From the IMG/VR virus record IMGVR_UViG_3300017761_005873, positions 1 to 64,000 of that record: a stretch of DNA of 64,000 nucleotides; one strand, given 5' to 3'. Position 1 is the stretch's first letter. Each line of letters starts with the position of its first letter. The notes beneath the pieces are model-generated. The model worked only from the letters and a program-made list of their open reading frames with translations, had not been told where the DNA came from and searched no databases. Made by a program: the position numbers and the translations under genes. This document shows, piece by piece, positions 28,927 through 38,624 of the stretch. This DNA is from a virus.

Positions 28927-29883
28927 TTATTTAAAAGTTTCAAATATATATAAAATACGTTCTTTTTCCTGTTCTTCATTGTATTCAGAAGAAGTATTTA
29001 TTTCATGAAGACACAAATCATCATACTCATAGCCATCAAGAAATCTATTTAATTCATCAATAATATTATCAGTAAGTGTATGATAGTCACCATTTTGACA
29101 CCAAAATCCATTATTATTTCTTACATATTCTTTATTACCAATGTTTGAAAAACCAATAACATGGGTATTGCAAGCCATTGCTTCTAATGGAAGTGTTCCA
29201 AACCCTGCAATTTCATCTGTGTAAAGACAAAAAGCACAATCAGCAAGTTCATTTGCAAATTGTTGTTTTGACATTCCTTTTAATTCAACAAATTGAACAT
29301 TTTTCAGTCTTTTATCACTTGATTTAATAATATTAATCAAATTATGTGTATTCATCTGTTGTGTATTTGACCTTGAAGATGAATAACATACTTTAAATGC
29401 TTTATCTAAATTTGATTTAAATATTGGACTTATAGATTGTTTATATTGTTCAACCTCAATTCCTAGCATATGTTTTTGTATGTATTCACTAATACCTTGT
29501 GATACACTAATTACTTTTTCAATACCTGATTCTTTCCAAGATTTTGGTTGTGGCATTGATGTATAAATGTAAATCCAACTCTGAGCAAGAACCGTTCTTT
29601 TACACTTCATATTCTTTGTATAATCAATGATATTTCCAAATCCTTCAGGTATTACCAAAAGGTCATTTGAATCGATTCTAAGGCTTCCTATGCCGTTGAT
29701 TCTAACTTTAGGAATATGGGAAATGCTAAACTCCATCCAAGTTGGATTAAAAATTCCATCACCTTCGTAAAGAAGGGTAACATCATATCCATTTTCAGCA
29801 AGAATTTTTGCTTGTTTAAATAAAACACCCATTCCACCTGATGGGGAATTCATATTTGGGCAATAATAATAGACTTTCATCAA
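28927..29883 (-). CDS. GT-B (GT4-like) glycosyltransferase
   Basis: PSGGM, DLLVIPE and AGFGTLPLEAMAC motifs. Paralog of 12559-13632. Confidence 0.8.
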   Translation of the reverse strand: MMKVYYYCPNMNSPSGGMGVLFKQAKILAENGYDVTLLYEGDGIFNPTWMEFSISHIPKVRINGIGSLRIDSNDLLVIPEGFGNIIDYTKNMKCKRTVLAQSWIYIYTSMPQPKSWKESGIEKVISVSQGISEYIQKHMLGIEVEQYKQSISPIFKSNLDKAFKVCYSSSRSNTQQMNTHNLINIIKSSDKRLKNVQFVELKGMSKQQFANELADCAFCLYTDEIAGFGTLPLEAMACNTHVIGFSNIGNKEYVRNNNGFWCQNGDYHTLTDNIIDELNRFLDGYEYDDLCLHEINTSSEYNEEQEKERILYIFETFK

Positions 29884-30251
29884 AAAGTTTCAATAAAAAT
29901 ATTTAAATAAAGTATTACTTTCTCTTCATCATAAGAGTATAAAACATGTTTATGTTCAGATATAAATCTATCAAAAGATTTAACTAATTTTACTTCATCT
30001 ATGAAGTTATTTCTAGTATAAAGTTCAAAAAATAAATCATAAATAAAATTAATAAGTCTTCTTGCATTTCTTATAAGTTTTCTATCATAAAAATTAGTAT
30101 ATATGTAATTATGCATTGATTGAAGTTTCAATGCTACATGTTCATTTTCAAGTTCTAGAAATAAATCTTCTTTCCATCTTGTTAAAGCGAGAACACCTTC
30201 TCTTGTGGAAGGTGTCCTAACTCTATAAAAATAATAACTTGGATTAATCAT
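29880..30251 (-). CDS. Hypothetical protein
   Basis: 123-aa ORF with ATGA-type overlaps to both neighbours. Confidence 0.5.
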   Translation of the reverse strand: MINPSYYFYRVRTPSTREGVLALTRWKEDLFLELENEHVALKLQSMHNYIYTNFYDRKLIRNARRLINFIYDLFFELYTRNNFIDEVKLVKSFDRFISEHKHVLYSYDEEKVILYLNIFIETF

Positions 30252-31693
30252 AAAGATTTTAACAAATCAATTTCTTTTCTTGTTTCAACAAGCAATTGTT
30301 TTGTTTCTTTAACCTCATCATAATCGGTATCAATTATTTCATCATCATCAAATTGTTCAACAACTGAGCCTGTTGGTGTTGATAATTCAAACTTCATATA
30401 AGCAGTATCAAAGGTTGAATCTTCAAAAACATGTCCAGATGGGGAAATATTTGATTTTGCAAGATGAAATGTAGCCCTGTTGTGATTTCTATCATCGGAA
30501 TCACGACCAATAGTAAGAACTACTTGTGCTTTCTTTACTTTTGCGACAGAACCACCTGAATCATTTAGGTCAAGTTGTTTTTTATTATTGGATTCTTTCT
30601 TTGCTTGTGTTGCTGTCCAACCGCAAATATCAAATTCAACAAACATATCAAGAATACCTGCTACAACTTCCTTTTCACCTTGATATGGATTATTCTGATT
30701 TGAAAGGTGTGAAATCATTTCATCAACATAATCAATATTTATTTGGTCAAATTTATACCCTACCTTCTGTTGATACTTGATAATCCAATTTTTTAACTTT
30801 GGAACTGTCATTTCATTGGATGGAAAACGTTTGATTTTAATTAAACCAAGATTTTTTGTTTTAATTTTTTCAATTTGTTCTTTAGTTCTCTTTGTTGCTT
30901 CTTCAGGGTTCTTTTGAGCATCTTTAAAACTCATTCCTGTTAAAGCGGTTGAAACAAGAAGTTTTACATCCCTAACCTCATTCTCACCAAAGATTACATG
31001 AAGAACCCTTTTACCCTGTTTAAACGCATTTACAGAGAAATTGGTGAGGATTGTTGATTTACCAACACCTTGACCTGCTAGAATCATCCCAAGTTTTCCT
31101 TTTGGAAGACCTGTAATAATTTTATCTATTTCAACAAGACCTGTTTTGATAAAATCTCTATAACGCTGTGTGAATAAAGTTTCATCAAAATCATCCACAT
31201 CTTCAGGGTCTTCATCTTCAGTACCAATACTAATAATTTTCCTAATTTTTTCAAGAACCATATCAAGTGATTCTAAACTATTGTTTTCAACAATATTTTT
31301 AATATCACTTTCTGATAGGTTTTTTAATTCTTGAACTTGAATAAATGAATTTGTTGTCTTTTTTACAAATTCAAAATCATTTCTTTCTTTACCTTCTAAA
31401 AGATTTTTATAATCTTTATAGATTAATGAAAGTTCATGAACCCAAGCATCTTTTTGTTCTGTTGTGTGGTTGTTGTTTGACCTTATTATCTCTGCAATAT
31501 TTTTTTCGGCAGGTAATGAGTTATAGGTCTGAACATACTGTTTGATTAATGAAAATATAATCTTATGTTTTTCATCAGAAAAATGTTGTGATTCAAGTTT
31601 TAATATGGTTTCCTTTGGGAAATCACTATGAAAAATATGAAATAAAATTCTTCTCTGATGTTTGTCAGAACCTAATGATAAAGTATTACGCAT
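30248..31693 (-). CDS. dnaB: Replicative DNA helicase (DnaB/T4 gp41-like)
   Basis: IKTGL, Walker A AGQGVGKST, IDYVDE and WTATQ motifs. Confidence 0.9.
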   Translation of the reverse strand: MRNTLSLGSDKHQRRILFHIFHSDFPKETILKLESQHFSDEKHKIIFSLIKQYVQTYNSLPAEKNIAEIIRSNNNHTTEQKDAWVHELSLIYKDYKNLLEGKERNDFEFVKKTTNSFIQVQELKNLSESDIKNIVENNSLESLDMVLEKIRKIISIGTEDEDPEDVDDFDETLFTQRYRDFIKTGLVEIDKIITGLPKGKLGMILAGQGVGKSTILTNFSVNAFKQGKRVLHVIFGENEVRDVKLLVSTALTGMSFKDAQKNPEEATKRTKEQIEKIKTKNLGLIKIKRFPSNEMTVPKLKNWIIKYQQKVGYKFDQINIDYVDEMISHLSNQNNPYQGEKEVVAGILDMFVEFDICGWTATQAKKESNNKKQLDLNDSGGSVAKVKKAQVVLTIGRDSDDRNHNRATFHLAKSNISPSGHVFEDSTFDTAYMKFELSTPTGSVVEQFDDDEIIDTDYDEVKETKQLLVETRKEIDLLKSL

Positions 31694-31709
31694 TATTTAT
31701 TGTTAAAAA

Positions 31710-32504
31710 TTAGTTGTATGAATATTCCATTTTTAAGAGTTTTTTCTTCTCTTCTTGTGATAATACTTTTAAATCATTAAAAGGCATATCGTGTTTAGAC
31801 ATTATTTCAAAATCTAAATATTGTGCATCAATATCATTTTTCTTGATATAATTTTTAATAACACTTACAATTTGATTATTAGCTTTAATAAATTCTTCAG
31901 AAAGGACTGAATCGGGATTAAAATTAAAGACTGTAAATTTTCTTTGAATAATATAATTTTCATTCAAATATAAGGCAAAATCAAACTGAAGTTCTTCCAC
32001 AAATTCAATTTGTCTAATTTTTGCAAATGAAATTGTTGATTTGGCTTTAACATCAATAATTGAATCTTCGGTTACTTTTATATTGTTCTTATAAAATAAC
32101 TCTGTAGAATTATCTTTCAAAGAAATAACAATCATATACTTGTCATTAATATGATTGAGATTATTTTCAATAGATTTTTTATTAATATTCCTATCTTTAA
32201 TAGAAGAAGTATTTGTTTTGTGTTTTTCCTTCAAATATTGAAATCTATGATTTAGATTTTCATCTCTTAAATCATCAATTTTAATTGTAATTGGATTGTT
32301 TTTCTTATCAAAACCAACATAATACTCATTTGTCAATCTTTGTGTTGGAATTGACATAATCTTTTGTAATACTTTACGAATTTCAGGAACTAAATCCTTA
32401 ATATTAACCATCTGTCTAACCATAGGGTTATAACAATCTGCATCAAATATTCTTTCGTAAAGAACATTGTTTCTATAAGAAACGGAAAATTTAAAATTGT
32501 TCAT
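31710..32504 (-). CDS. Hypothetical protein in the replication operon
   Basis: 264-aa ORF between the exonuclease and helicase genes. Confidence 0.55.
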   Translation of the reverse strand: MNNFKFSVSYRNNVLYERIFDADCYNPMVRQMVNIKDLVPEIRKVLQKIMSIPTQRLTNEYYVGFDKKNNPITIKIDDLRDENLNHRFQYLKEKHKTNTSSIKDRNINKKSIENNLNHINDKYMIVISLKDNSTELFYKNNIKVTEDSIIDVKAKSTISFAKIRQIEFVEELQFDFALYLNENYIIQRKFTVFNFNPDSVLSEEFIKANNQIVSVIKNYIKKNDIDAQYLDFEIMSKHDMPFNDLKVLSQEEKKKLLKMEYSYN

Positions 32505-32528
32505 TATTTTTTACTTAAATATCTTTTA

Positions 32529-33608
32529 TCAAATATGCGTGTTTTTTTTGAAAAAATCTTTTTCTCTTAGGATAACAGGATAAAAAGGTTCGTGAAATCT
32601 TATAAAATCTGCATTAAAATTTTCAAGATAAGAATCCTCTGTTAACATTTTTAATAAATTCTCTTCGCCTCTACCATTTGGGTCTAAAGGTTCTTCTGCA
32701 ACCAAAACAAGTTCAGCCATTGCTTCTTTTGTAAGAAAAGGTTCAAGAAGATTAATTATTTTATAATTGAGTTTGTATTGGTCTAAACCTACCTTACCAA
32801 ATGTTTTGAAAATACCTTCAGTAATATTTTCAAGAACTTTAAGAGGTTTCTTTTTATTGGCGATTCTGTCTTCATTTATTTGTCTTGCTTCTTTAATAAT
32901 AGTTGCTGCCCTAACTTTTTCTGTTTGAATTTTTGGAAAATGCTTGATAAGAGTGTTTTCACCCAAACCATCAATCCCACTAATATTATCAGAGTCATCG
33001 CCACACATAGTTTTAATAATTGTAAGATTAGAGTAATGATGTTTGAAAAGAAGATAGTAGTTTTTCTTGGTAACATTCTGTTTTAAATTAGCAACATAAA
33101 CAGAGACATTATCATATTCAAGAAGTTGACAAATATCTCTATCGTTAGTGTAAATAGTTATATTTTCTTTATCATGATACTTTTGACAATAATATGCAAT
33201 CATATCATCAGATTCAATTTGGTCAACCTGGACTTGTCTTATAAATAACTCTTCAAGATAGTTTTTTACTCTAACCATCTGCCAAAGATATGATTCTTTT
33301 TCTTGTTGTTGTTTTTTAATTTCAGAAGGTGTTAAATCAATCTTTTTATACCATTCTTTTCCTTCACGATTAGCCTTATATTCTCTATAAATATTATATC
33401 TAAGTTTACCACCGTTCTCTCCATCCCAAAATACAATAACTTTATTAATATTTTGGGAACGGATGAGACTTCGGGTTTGCATTATAAATTGATAGAGACC
33501 ACCAATGTGACGAGTTCCGTTAAATGTGTGTTTAGCACCATTAAAAGACCGTTTTAAAAGGTAGTTTCCATCAATTAATAATGTATTTATAGGGAATTTA
33601 CTTACCAT
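32529..33608 (-). CDS. 5'-3' exonuclease / RNase H (T4 rnh, FEN-like)
   Basis: LLIDGN, VFWDG, YKANR, ESDD, TNDRD and GDDSDNISGIDGLGE motifs. Confidence 0.92.
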   Translation of the reverse strand: MVSKFPINTLLIDGNYLLKRSFNGAKHTFNGTRHIGGLYQFIMQTRSLIRSQNINKVIVFWDGENGGKLRYNIYREYKANREGKEWYKKIDLTPSEIKKQQQEKESYLWQMVRVKNYLEELFIRQVQVDQIESDDMIAYYCQKYHDKENITIYTNDRDICQLLEYDNVSVYVANLKQNVTKKNYYLLFKHHYSNLTIIKTMCGDDSDNISGIDGLGENTLIKHFPKIQTEKVRAATIIKEARQINEDRIANKKKPLKVLENITEGIFKTFGKVGLDQYKLNYKIINLLEPFLTKEAMAELVLVAEEPLDPNGRGEENLLKMLTEDSYLENFNADFIRFHEPFYPVILREKDFFKKNTHI

Positions 33609-34666
33609 TAATCTTCTTTAGAATTATCTTGAATGCGTACTAATTGTACATCATCAATTCCTTCTTCACCGATTTCAGAAAGTAATTCAGATAAGTGGTT
33701 CTTTTTGAATTCCTCAAGGTCGGACTCCAATACAAGACCATAACTTGTTGAAAGAATTTTACCTTCAAATGAAATATTTGAAACGTGATTCTTTGCAACT
33801 TTTACAGGTGCTAGAATACCTAATGCTGTTACTTTTTTATTTTTAGTAATATTAATTTTTTCAACACCTCTAGTTTTTACACCACCAACATGAATAATTA
33901 ATCTAGCAACTGAATATGCTGATTCACCTCCTTTATGTCTAACAACACCTTGTCCACCTGCTTGTGAGTCAAACCAAATCTTTTGAACACCAATAGCAGT
34001 TGCAGTATATTTCTTACTTACTTTTCTTGTGGATGGAATTCTTTGGTGAAAAATACCTTTAAAGGATTGTTCCATTGCACCTGCATTCCACATATTATTT
34101 GCTTCTTTATCTTTCTCCTTTGCAGATAATGTTTTTCTACAATCGCTTGAACCAAATGAATCAATACAGAATACAACATCCATTTGGAGTTCATCTCTTT
34201 CTTGTGCATCTAAAATATCATGCATGAATTCGGAAATATCTTCAATAGATGATTCTTTAAATTCTTTATTATATTTTTTACCGTAATTTTGAAGCAAATA
34301 ATCAGTATCAACATATAAATGAGGCAAATCAAAGTCAAAACCCATTTTAGCAAGGTGGTCTTTTTTCATTGCATTTTCAGTATCAATGATAATTGGTAGT
34401 TCACCATTTTGTTGAGCAGAAACTGCTGCTCCATAAACAAATGTTGACTTACCTGTATCGGAATATCCTCTTACTAATGTTAATTCACAACGTGGTATAC
34501 CTTCAAGACCAATAACTTCTTGATATGCTTTACCCATCGGTAACCAAGATAATGGTTTTACATCTTCATCATTAATCTTAAACTTTTGTTTAAAATCTGC
34601 TAATGAAAACTCTTTCTTTTTAATTGGTTTTTTTTCTTCGGAATCGTTTACTAATGTTCTACCCAT
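33608..34666 (-). CDS. recA: RecA/UvsX-like recombinase
   Basis: Walker A GYSDTGKST, IIDTEN, CIDS, KGGES and KVAKNH motifs. Confidence 0.85.
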   Translation of the reverse strand: MGRTLVNDSEEKKPIKKKEFSLADFKQKFKINDEDVKPLSWLPMGKAYQEVIGLEGIPRCELTLVRGYSDTGKSTFVYGAAVSAQQNGELPIIIDTENAMKKDHLAKMGFDFDLPHLYVDTDYLLQNYGKKYNKEFKESSIEDISEFMHDILDAQERDELQMDVVFCIDSFGSSDCRKTLSAKEKDKEANNMWNAGAMEQSFKGIFHQRIPSTRKVSKKYTATAIGVQKIWFDSQAGGQGVVRHKGGESAYSVARLIIHVGGVKTRGVEKINITKNKKVTALGILAPVKVAKNHVSNISFEGKILSTSYGLVLESDLEEFKKNHLSELLSEIGEEGIDDVQLVRIQDNSKED

Positions 34667-34699
34667 ATAGATATTTTAATTATTTTAATTAATAGATAT

Positions 34700-34760
34700 A
34701 AAAAAAGGATGCGACAACAATAAGTAAGGGTGAGTATGAAACTTACTGTGTCGCATCCTT
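34700..34760 (-). terminator. Intrinsic terminator-like extended hairpin after ssb
   Basis: Perfect 12-bp inverted repeat AAGGATGCGACA (34705-34716) / TGTCGCATCCTT (34749-34760), inner AGTAAG/CTTACT stem, and a U7 tract on the minus strand. Confidence 0.75.
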
Positions 34761-34772
34761 AATGATTACCGT

Positions 34773-35642
34773 TTAGAACGGCAAATCATCGTCATCATCA
34801 GCATTAAGGTCTAAGGGAGAATTGACCTTTTTTGTTGAGTTTGTAACTGTAGCTGATGATTCCATTACAAATTCTGCATCACTATCATCACCATCTTCAT
34901 CAAAGATTTGAGAAGAAGTGAGTGAATTGTTCATAGATGCTGATTTGTTTTCTCCAATATCATATGTAGCAGATTTGATTGCTTCATTGATAAGTTCAAT
35001 TTCTTTCAAAAAGAAATCTTGTTGTTTTTTTCTGTTGTCAATGGTTACCATTTCGCCATCAACTTTTTTGGTTACTTCAAAAGAAGGAATATCTTTTGCA
35101 TTATATTTCCAATCAACTTTTGTTGAATCTTCCATATAAATGCTAAAGTTTTTACTTCCTGAAACCCAATCTTTTGCACATCTTAGAGCAAGATTAAACC
35201 TTTTAGTTTCTGTTTTATCAACTGATTGTGAAATATACAGTTTAACATAACCAAGTTTATTGTTTGCTGCTAACCATCCAATAGAATTTACAAAACCAAA
35301 GATATAAGTACTTACTCTTTTGTCTTGTGAGGTAAATGGTAAGTCAAGGATAAAGATTTCACCACTATCATCGGTGAATTCAAAATTTACCTTTGGACTT
35401 GGAATTTTAGTGCCATCTGTTCTTGTAATAAGATTATCAAGAATAGGTGTTACTCTAGTCAAAAATCCATAAAAAGGTTTAGGATAGTTGTTTTGGTCAA
35501 CCATCGGAAGCTTTTCATACTGACCATTATTGTTTTTTTTGTTTACAACGAAGAATTTCGATGTTACTTTGTTGTCATTTGACTTTGTTGAACCCAATGA
35601 CATGTAGGTTCGGTTTTTTCTTTCATTCGTTTCAAAACCCAT
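34773..35642 (-). CDS. Probable single-stranded DNA-binding protein
   Basis: Acidic C-terminal tail ADDDDDLPF. First gene of the recA/rnh/dnaB operon. Confidence 0.65.
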   Translation of the reverse strand: MGFETNERKNRTYMSLGSTKSNDNKVTSKFFVVNKKNNNGQYEKLPMVDQNNYPKPFYGFLTRVTPILDNLITRTDGTKIPSPKVNFEFTDDSGEIFILDLPFTSQDKRVSTYIFGFVNSIGWLAANNKLGYVKLYISQSVDKTETKRFNLALRCAKDWVSGSKNFSIYMEDSTKVDWKYNAKDIPSFEVTKKVDGEMVTIDNRKKQQDFFLKEIELINEAIKSATYDIGENKSASMNNSLTSSQIFDEDGDDSDAEFVMESSATVTNSTKKVNSPLDLNADDDDDLPF

Positions 35643-35685
35643 GATGTTAAAAATTTAAAATGTTAAAAATTAATTATTGTTTAAA

Positions 35686-35693
35686 CAAATATA
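35686..35693 (-). promoter_or_regulatory. Bacteroidota-type -7 box TATATTTG for the replication operon
   Basis: TAnnTTTG ~44 nt upstream of the ssb ATG. Confidence 0.55.
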
Positions 35694-35742
35694 TATGTTT
35701 TTTTGTAAATAGTCTGATTTTAATGAAAAAAAGTGAAAATTT

Positions 35743-37725
35743 TTAATTTGTCACTCTAAATTTCACATAATTTGTATTAGGATATTGAACACCATTTTTA
35801 TCTAATGCTCTCATTTCTATTGTGTAATCGTGAGCAATAAACCAAGAAAAATCAACTTCTGTAAAATATTCATTATTAACTTTTGATGCTTTAGTATATG
35901 GTATCACATCAATTTGATTCTTGCCCTGATTAACAAAAATTCTAAATTCAATATCACCAATAATGCTTTTTAAAATCTTTGTTTCAATTAGTCTTTTTGC
36001 TTTAAAAACTAATCTTTTTACACCTGATTTTTTTGTAATTGATTCACTTGATTTAATACCCAATACATTTATATATACTTCAGTACCATATGTTAGACTA
36101 GTACCATCATTTAGATTTTCTTTAGATATATTGAATTCTTTTTCAAGAATTTTAATTTTACCATTTTGTGTATAATACCATTTAGCATAAAATATTTCTA
36201 CATCTTCATATGTTTCAGAATCAATTGTAGTTGTATATTTATAATTATAACCATTTAATGGTGTAAATCCTGATGTAACATTTAATATTGTTTGTTCATA
36301 ATAATCAACTATTTCTAATCTATCCAATGATGTGATTGGTGTTTGAGATACAAAAAAGAAATCATTTGGTGTATCAAAAATTAAACAACATGTTTCATCA
36401 TTTACTCTATCATCATATAAAGTTTCTAAAAATGGTTCAAAAAATGTTTGTGTATATTTTGAAAAGAATGTTACTACATTCTTACTTACTGCTGTTAATG
36501 TTTCTGTATTTGCCGAATATACGATTGCAATACCATTATTTGGATTTCCTGAAAATAATATACCATTTACATAATCAGTTATATCAACTTCAATATCTTC
36601 ATTACCAATTTCAAATCTTTGAGAACTTATGATTGATAAATTTGTTGCTCCTGTTGTATATGTATATGATGTTTCAACTTTTGTTGAAAAATCAAAATTA
36701 TCAAAGAAAAAATTATAATTATCTGTTATTCCACTTGTTCCATCAATTTTTAAAGACAGAGTATATGATGTATTACCTGTAAAACCACTTGGAACTGTAA
36801 ATTTATATTCTAAATTATTCCAAACACCTGAATTAAATGCTGATGTATATTCAATAGTAGAATTCAATATAATACCTGAATCTAAACTAGGTGATACATC
36901 AAGATAAATATGTTTATAATCACAAGTATAACTACTTAAATCAAATATTTTTCCTGTAATATAATAACTTGTATTTGCACTTGTATTTGCTGATATTGTT
37001 ATTGGTGTTGTAAATGTAAAAAGTGTGTTTGTTGGTGAATAAAATGAATAATTTAATGGGTCAGTATTTGATAGTTGTAATGAATTTAATCCTGAATACT
37101 TATAAAGTGTTGATGATGTTAAAATACTATTAGTGGTATCACTTGTGATACCTGTTATATTTAATTCAAAAGTACCAAAATCACCATCAATTATTTGATT
37201 TGATGTATTACCTGTTGTAAGACCTGTAACACTAATAATATCATCAATATAATTAGTATCATTTAAAAAAATACCAGGTTGAAACCAACTAACTTGAGGG
37301 TTTTTTCTGTTATACCAATTAGCTGCTGATTTATTTAAATCAATTTCTCTAAATTGTCTATCATTGTAGACATAATCATAACCTGTACCTTCGTCAAATT
37401 CTTCACTTAAATTAATGAATGCTAAATCAAAACCACTTGCTCTTTTTGATGTAATAAAATCAACACCAACTAAATCATCATTCATTGAAATACAATTCTT
37501 AATTTTTAAAAAATGTGATTTAATTGTATGTTCATTTAACGTATTGCTTGATATTTTTTGTTTTAATTTATCTAGGTCTATATTAAAAACATAGCGACTT
37601 ATTATAGTGGTTGCACTTGTCTCACCACCACCATAAGTAAGTTCAATAATAGGATTTCTTGAATTGTTTGAAAACGAATTCTTTATTAGAATTGCTTGTT
37701 TTTTAAAGTAAGACCTGAATATCAT
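35743..37725 (-). CDS. Virion structural protein with one inserted CBM-like module
   Basis: FDEGTGYDY, ANWYNR, QRFEIGNEDIEVDITDYVN and FFSKYTQTFFEPFLE motifs. Insert 36690-37200 is homologous to the repeats of the 2163-aa protein. Confidence 0.65.
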   Translation of the reverse strand: MIFRSYFKKQAILIKNSFSNNSRNPIIELTYGGGETSATTIISRYVFNIDLDKLKQKISSNTLNEHTIKSHFLKIKNCISMNDDLVGVDFITSKRASGFDLAFINLSEEFDEGTGYDYVYNDRQFREIDLNKSAANWYNRKNPQVSWFQPGIFLNDTNYIDDIISVTGLTTGNTSNQIIDGDFGTFELNITGITSDTTNSILTSSTLYKYSGLNSLQLSNTDPLNYSFYSPTNTLFTFTTPITISANTSANTSYYITGKIFDLSSYTCDYKHIYLDVSPSLDSGIILNSTIEYTSAFNSGVWNNLEYKFTVPSGFTGNTSYTLSLKIDGTSGITDNYNFFFDNFDFSTKVETSYTYTTGATNLSIISSQRFEIGNEDIEVDITDYVNGILFSGNPNNGIAIVYSANTETLTAVSKNVVTFFSKYTQTFFEPFLETLYDDRVNDETCCLIFDTPNDFFFVSQTPITSLDRLEIVDYYEQTILNVTSGFTPLNGYNYKYTTTIDSETYEDVEIFYAKWYYTQNGKIKILEKEFNISKENLNDGTSLTYGTEVYINVLGIKSSESITKKSGVKRLVFKAKRLIETKILKSIIGDIEFRIFVNQGKNQIDVIPYTKASKVNNEYFTEVDFSWFIAHDYTIEMRALDKNGVQYPNTNYVKFRVTN

Positions 37726-38414
37726 TAGGTATTTTTAATTATATCTTTAATTTGTAAATCACTAATTTCAGGTGTTTTGTAAACTCCCGAATTCATGCCT
37801 TTTTCATTTTCGCTATATTGTTTATCACCATAATATAAAGAACCATTTACTAAATCATTTCTACCATGTTTCATAAAATATTGATTCCAATAGTCTTCAA
37901 TTGATTGTGCGCCTGTAGTATTTGAAATCATTTTATTTAATGATTCAAGTGGTGTTGGTGGTGTAAGTTTTTCAACTCTTTGGTTTAGTTCATTATACTT
38001 ATTACCCATTTCACCAACATTTGATGATATTTCATCTGTCTTTTGACCTAACATTTGAAGAAGTTTAACAGAATCGTTGATATATCCTGTTAATTTATCA
38101 ATTTTAGATGCATGTATTTTAAGTAAATCACTTGCCGTATCTTCAAAACCTTGATTATCTGTTACATTAACATCAACGTCTGTTTTATTTTCAATAGGTT
38201 GTTCGATAGTTGATTCTTGACTAACTTCTGTTTCGGGTTTTTTATTTGTATCAAGAGAGTCTCCTAATTCATTAAAGACATTACCTGAAATATTATCATC
38301 AGATGGTGTTTCATCTTGTTCGTCTTGTTCAACGACAGCACCTTTTTTTACTTGATATTCAAGCAAAAATCTAAATCTGTCATAAGATTGTTTTTTCTTA
38401 TATTTAACTCTCAT
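37725..38414 (-). CDS. Hypothetical protein (acidic, coiled-coil; likely late/virion)
   Basis: 229-aa ORF in a late-motif operon. Confidence 0.55.
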   Translation of the reverse strand: MRVKYKKKQSYDRFRFLLEYQVKKGAVVEQDEQDETPSDDNISGNVFNELGDSLDTNKKPETEVSQESTIEQPIENKTDVDVNVTDNQGFEDTASDLLKIHASKIDKLTGYINDSVKLLQMLGQKTDEISSNVGEMGNKYNELNQRVEKLTPPTPLESLNKMISNTTGAQSIEDYWNQYFMKHGRNDLVNGSLYYGDKQYSENEKGMNSGVYKTPEISDLQIKDIIKNT

Positions 38415-38416
38415 AA

Positions 38417-38608
38417 TTACTGCTCAAATCTAACTTCTTTCAATAATTGTCTACCATCATTGGTTACATACTTTTTGTTAATAACTTCAGTATGTTCAAA
38501 TAAACCATCTCTAACTTTAATAACAACTTCATTTTCATCTAGTTGTTCTTCATTTTGTTTTGGCGAGATGATTTCAGAAAGTTTATTGTTTAAATCCTTA
38601 TTTTCCAT
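38417..38608 (-). CDS. Small hypothetical protein
   Basis: 63-aa ORF with ACTAATTATA motif upstream. Confidence 0.55.
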   Translation of the reverse strand: MENKDLNNKLSEIISPKQNEEQLDENEVVIKVRDGLFEHTEVINKKYVTNDGRQLLKEVRFEQ

Positions 38609-38624
38609 AGTTATTTTCTTATAA

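Noticed and set aside
30248-34666. Inteins in the helicase or RecA (common insertion targets)
   Set aside because: Their Walker A motifs are uninterrupted, the lengths are normal, and there are no C...HN-[S/T/C] signatures.
34700-34760. Possible tRNA or ncRNA
   Set aside because: No cloverleaf, T-loop or D-loop. A single hairpin plus U tract fits a terminator better. I recognised no tRNA or rRNA in the window.
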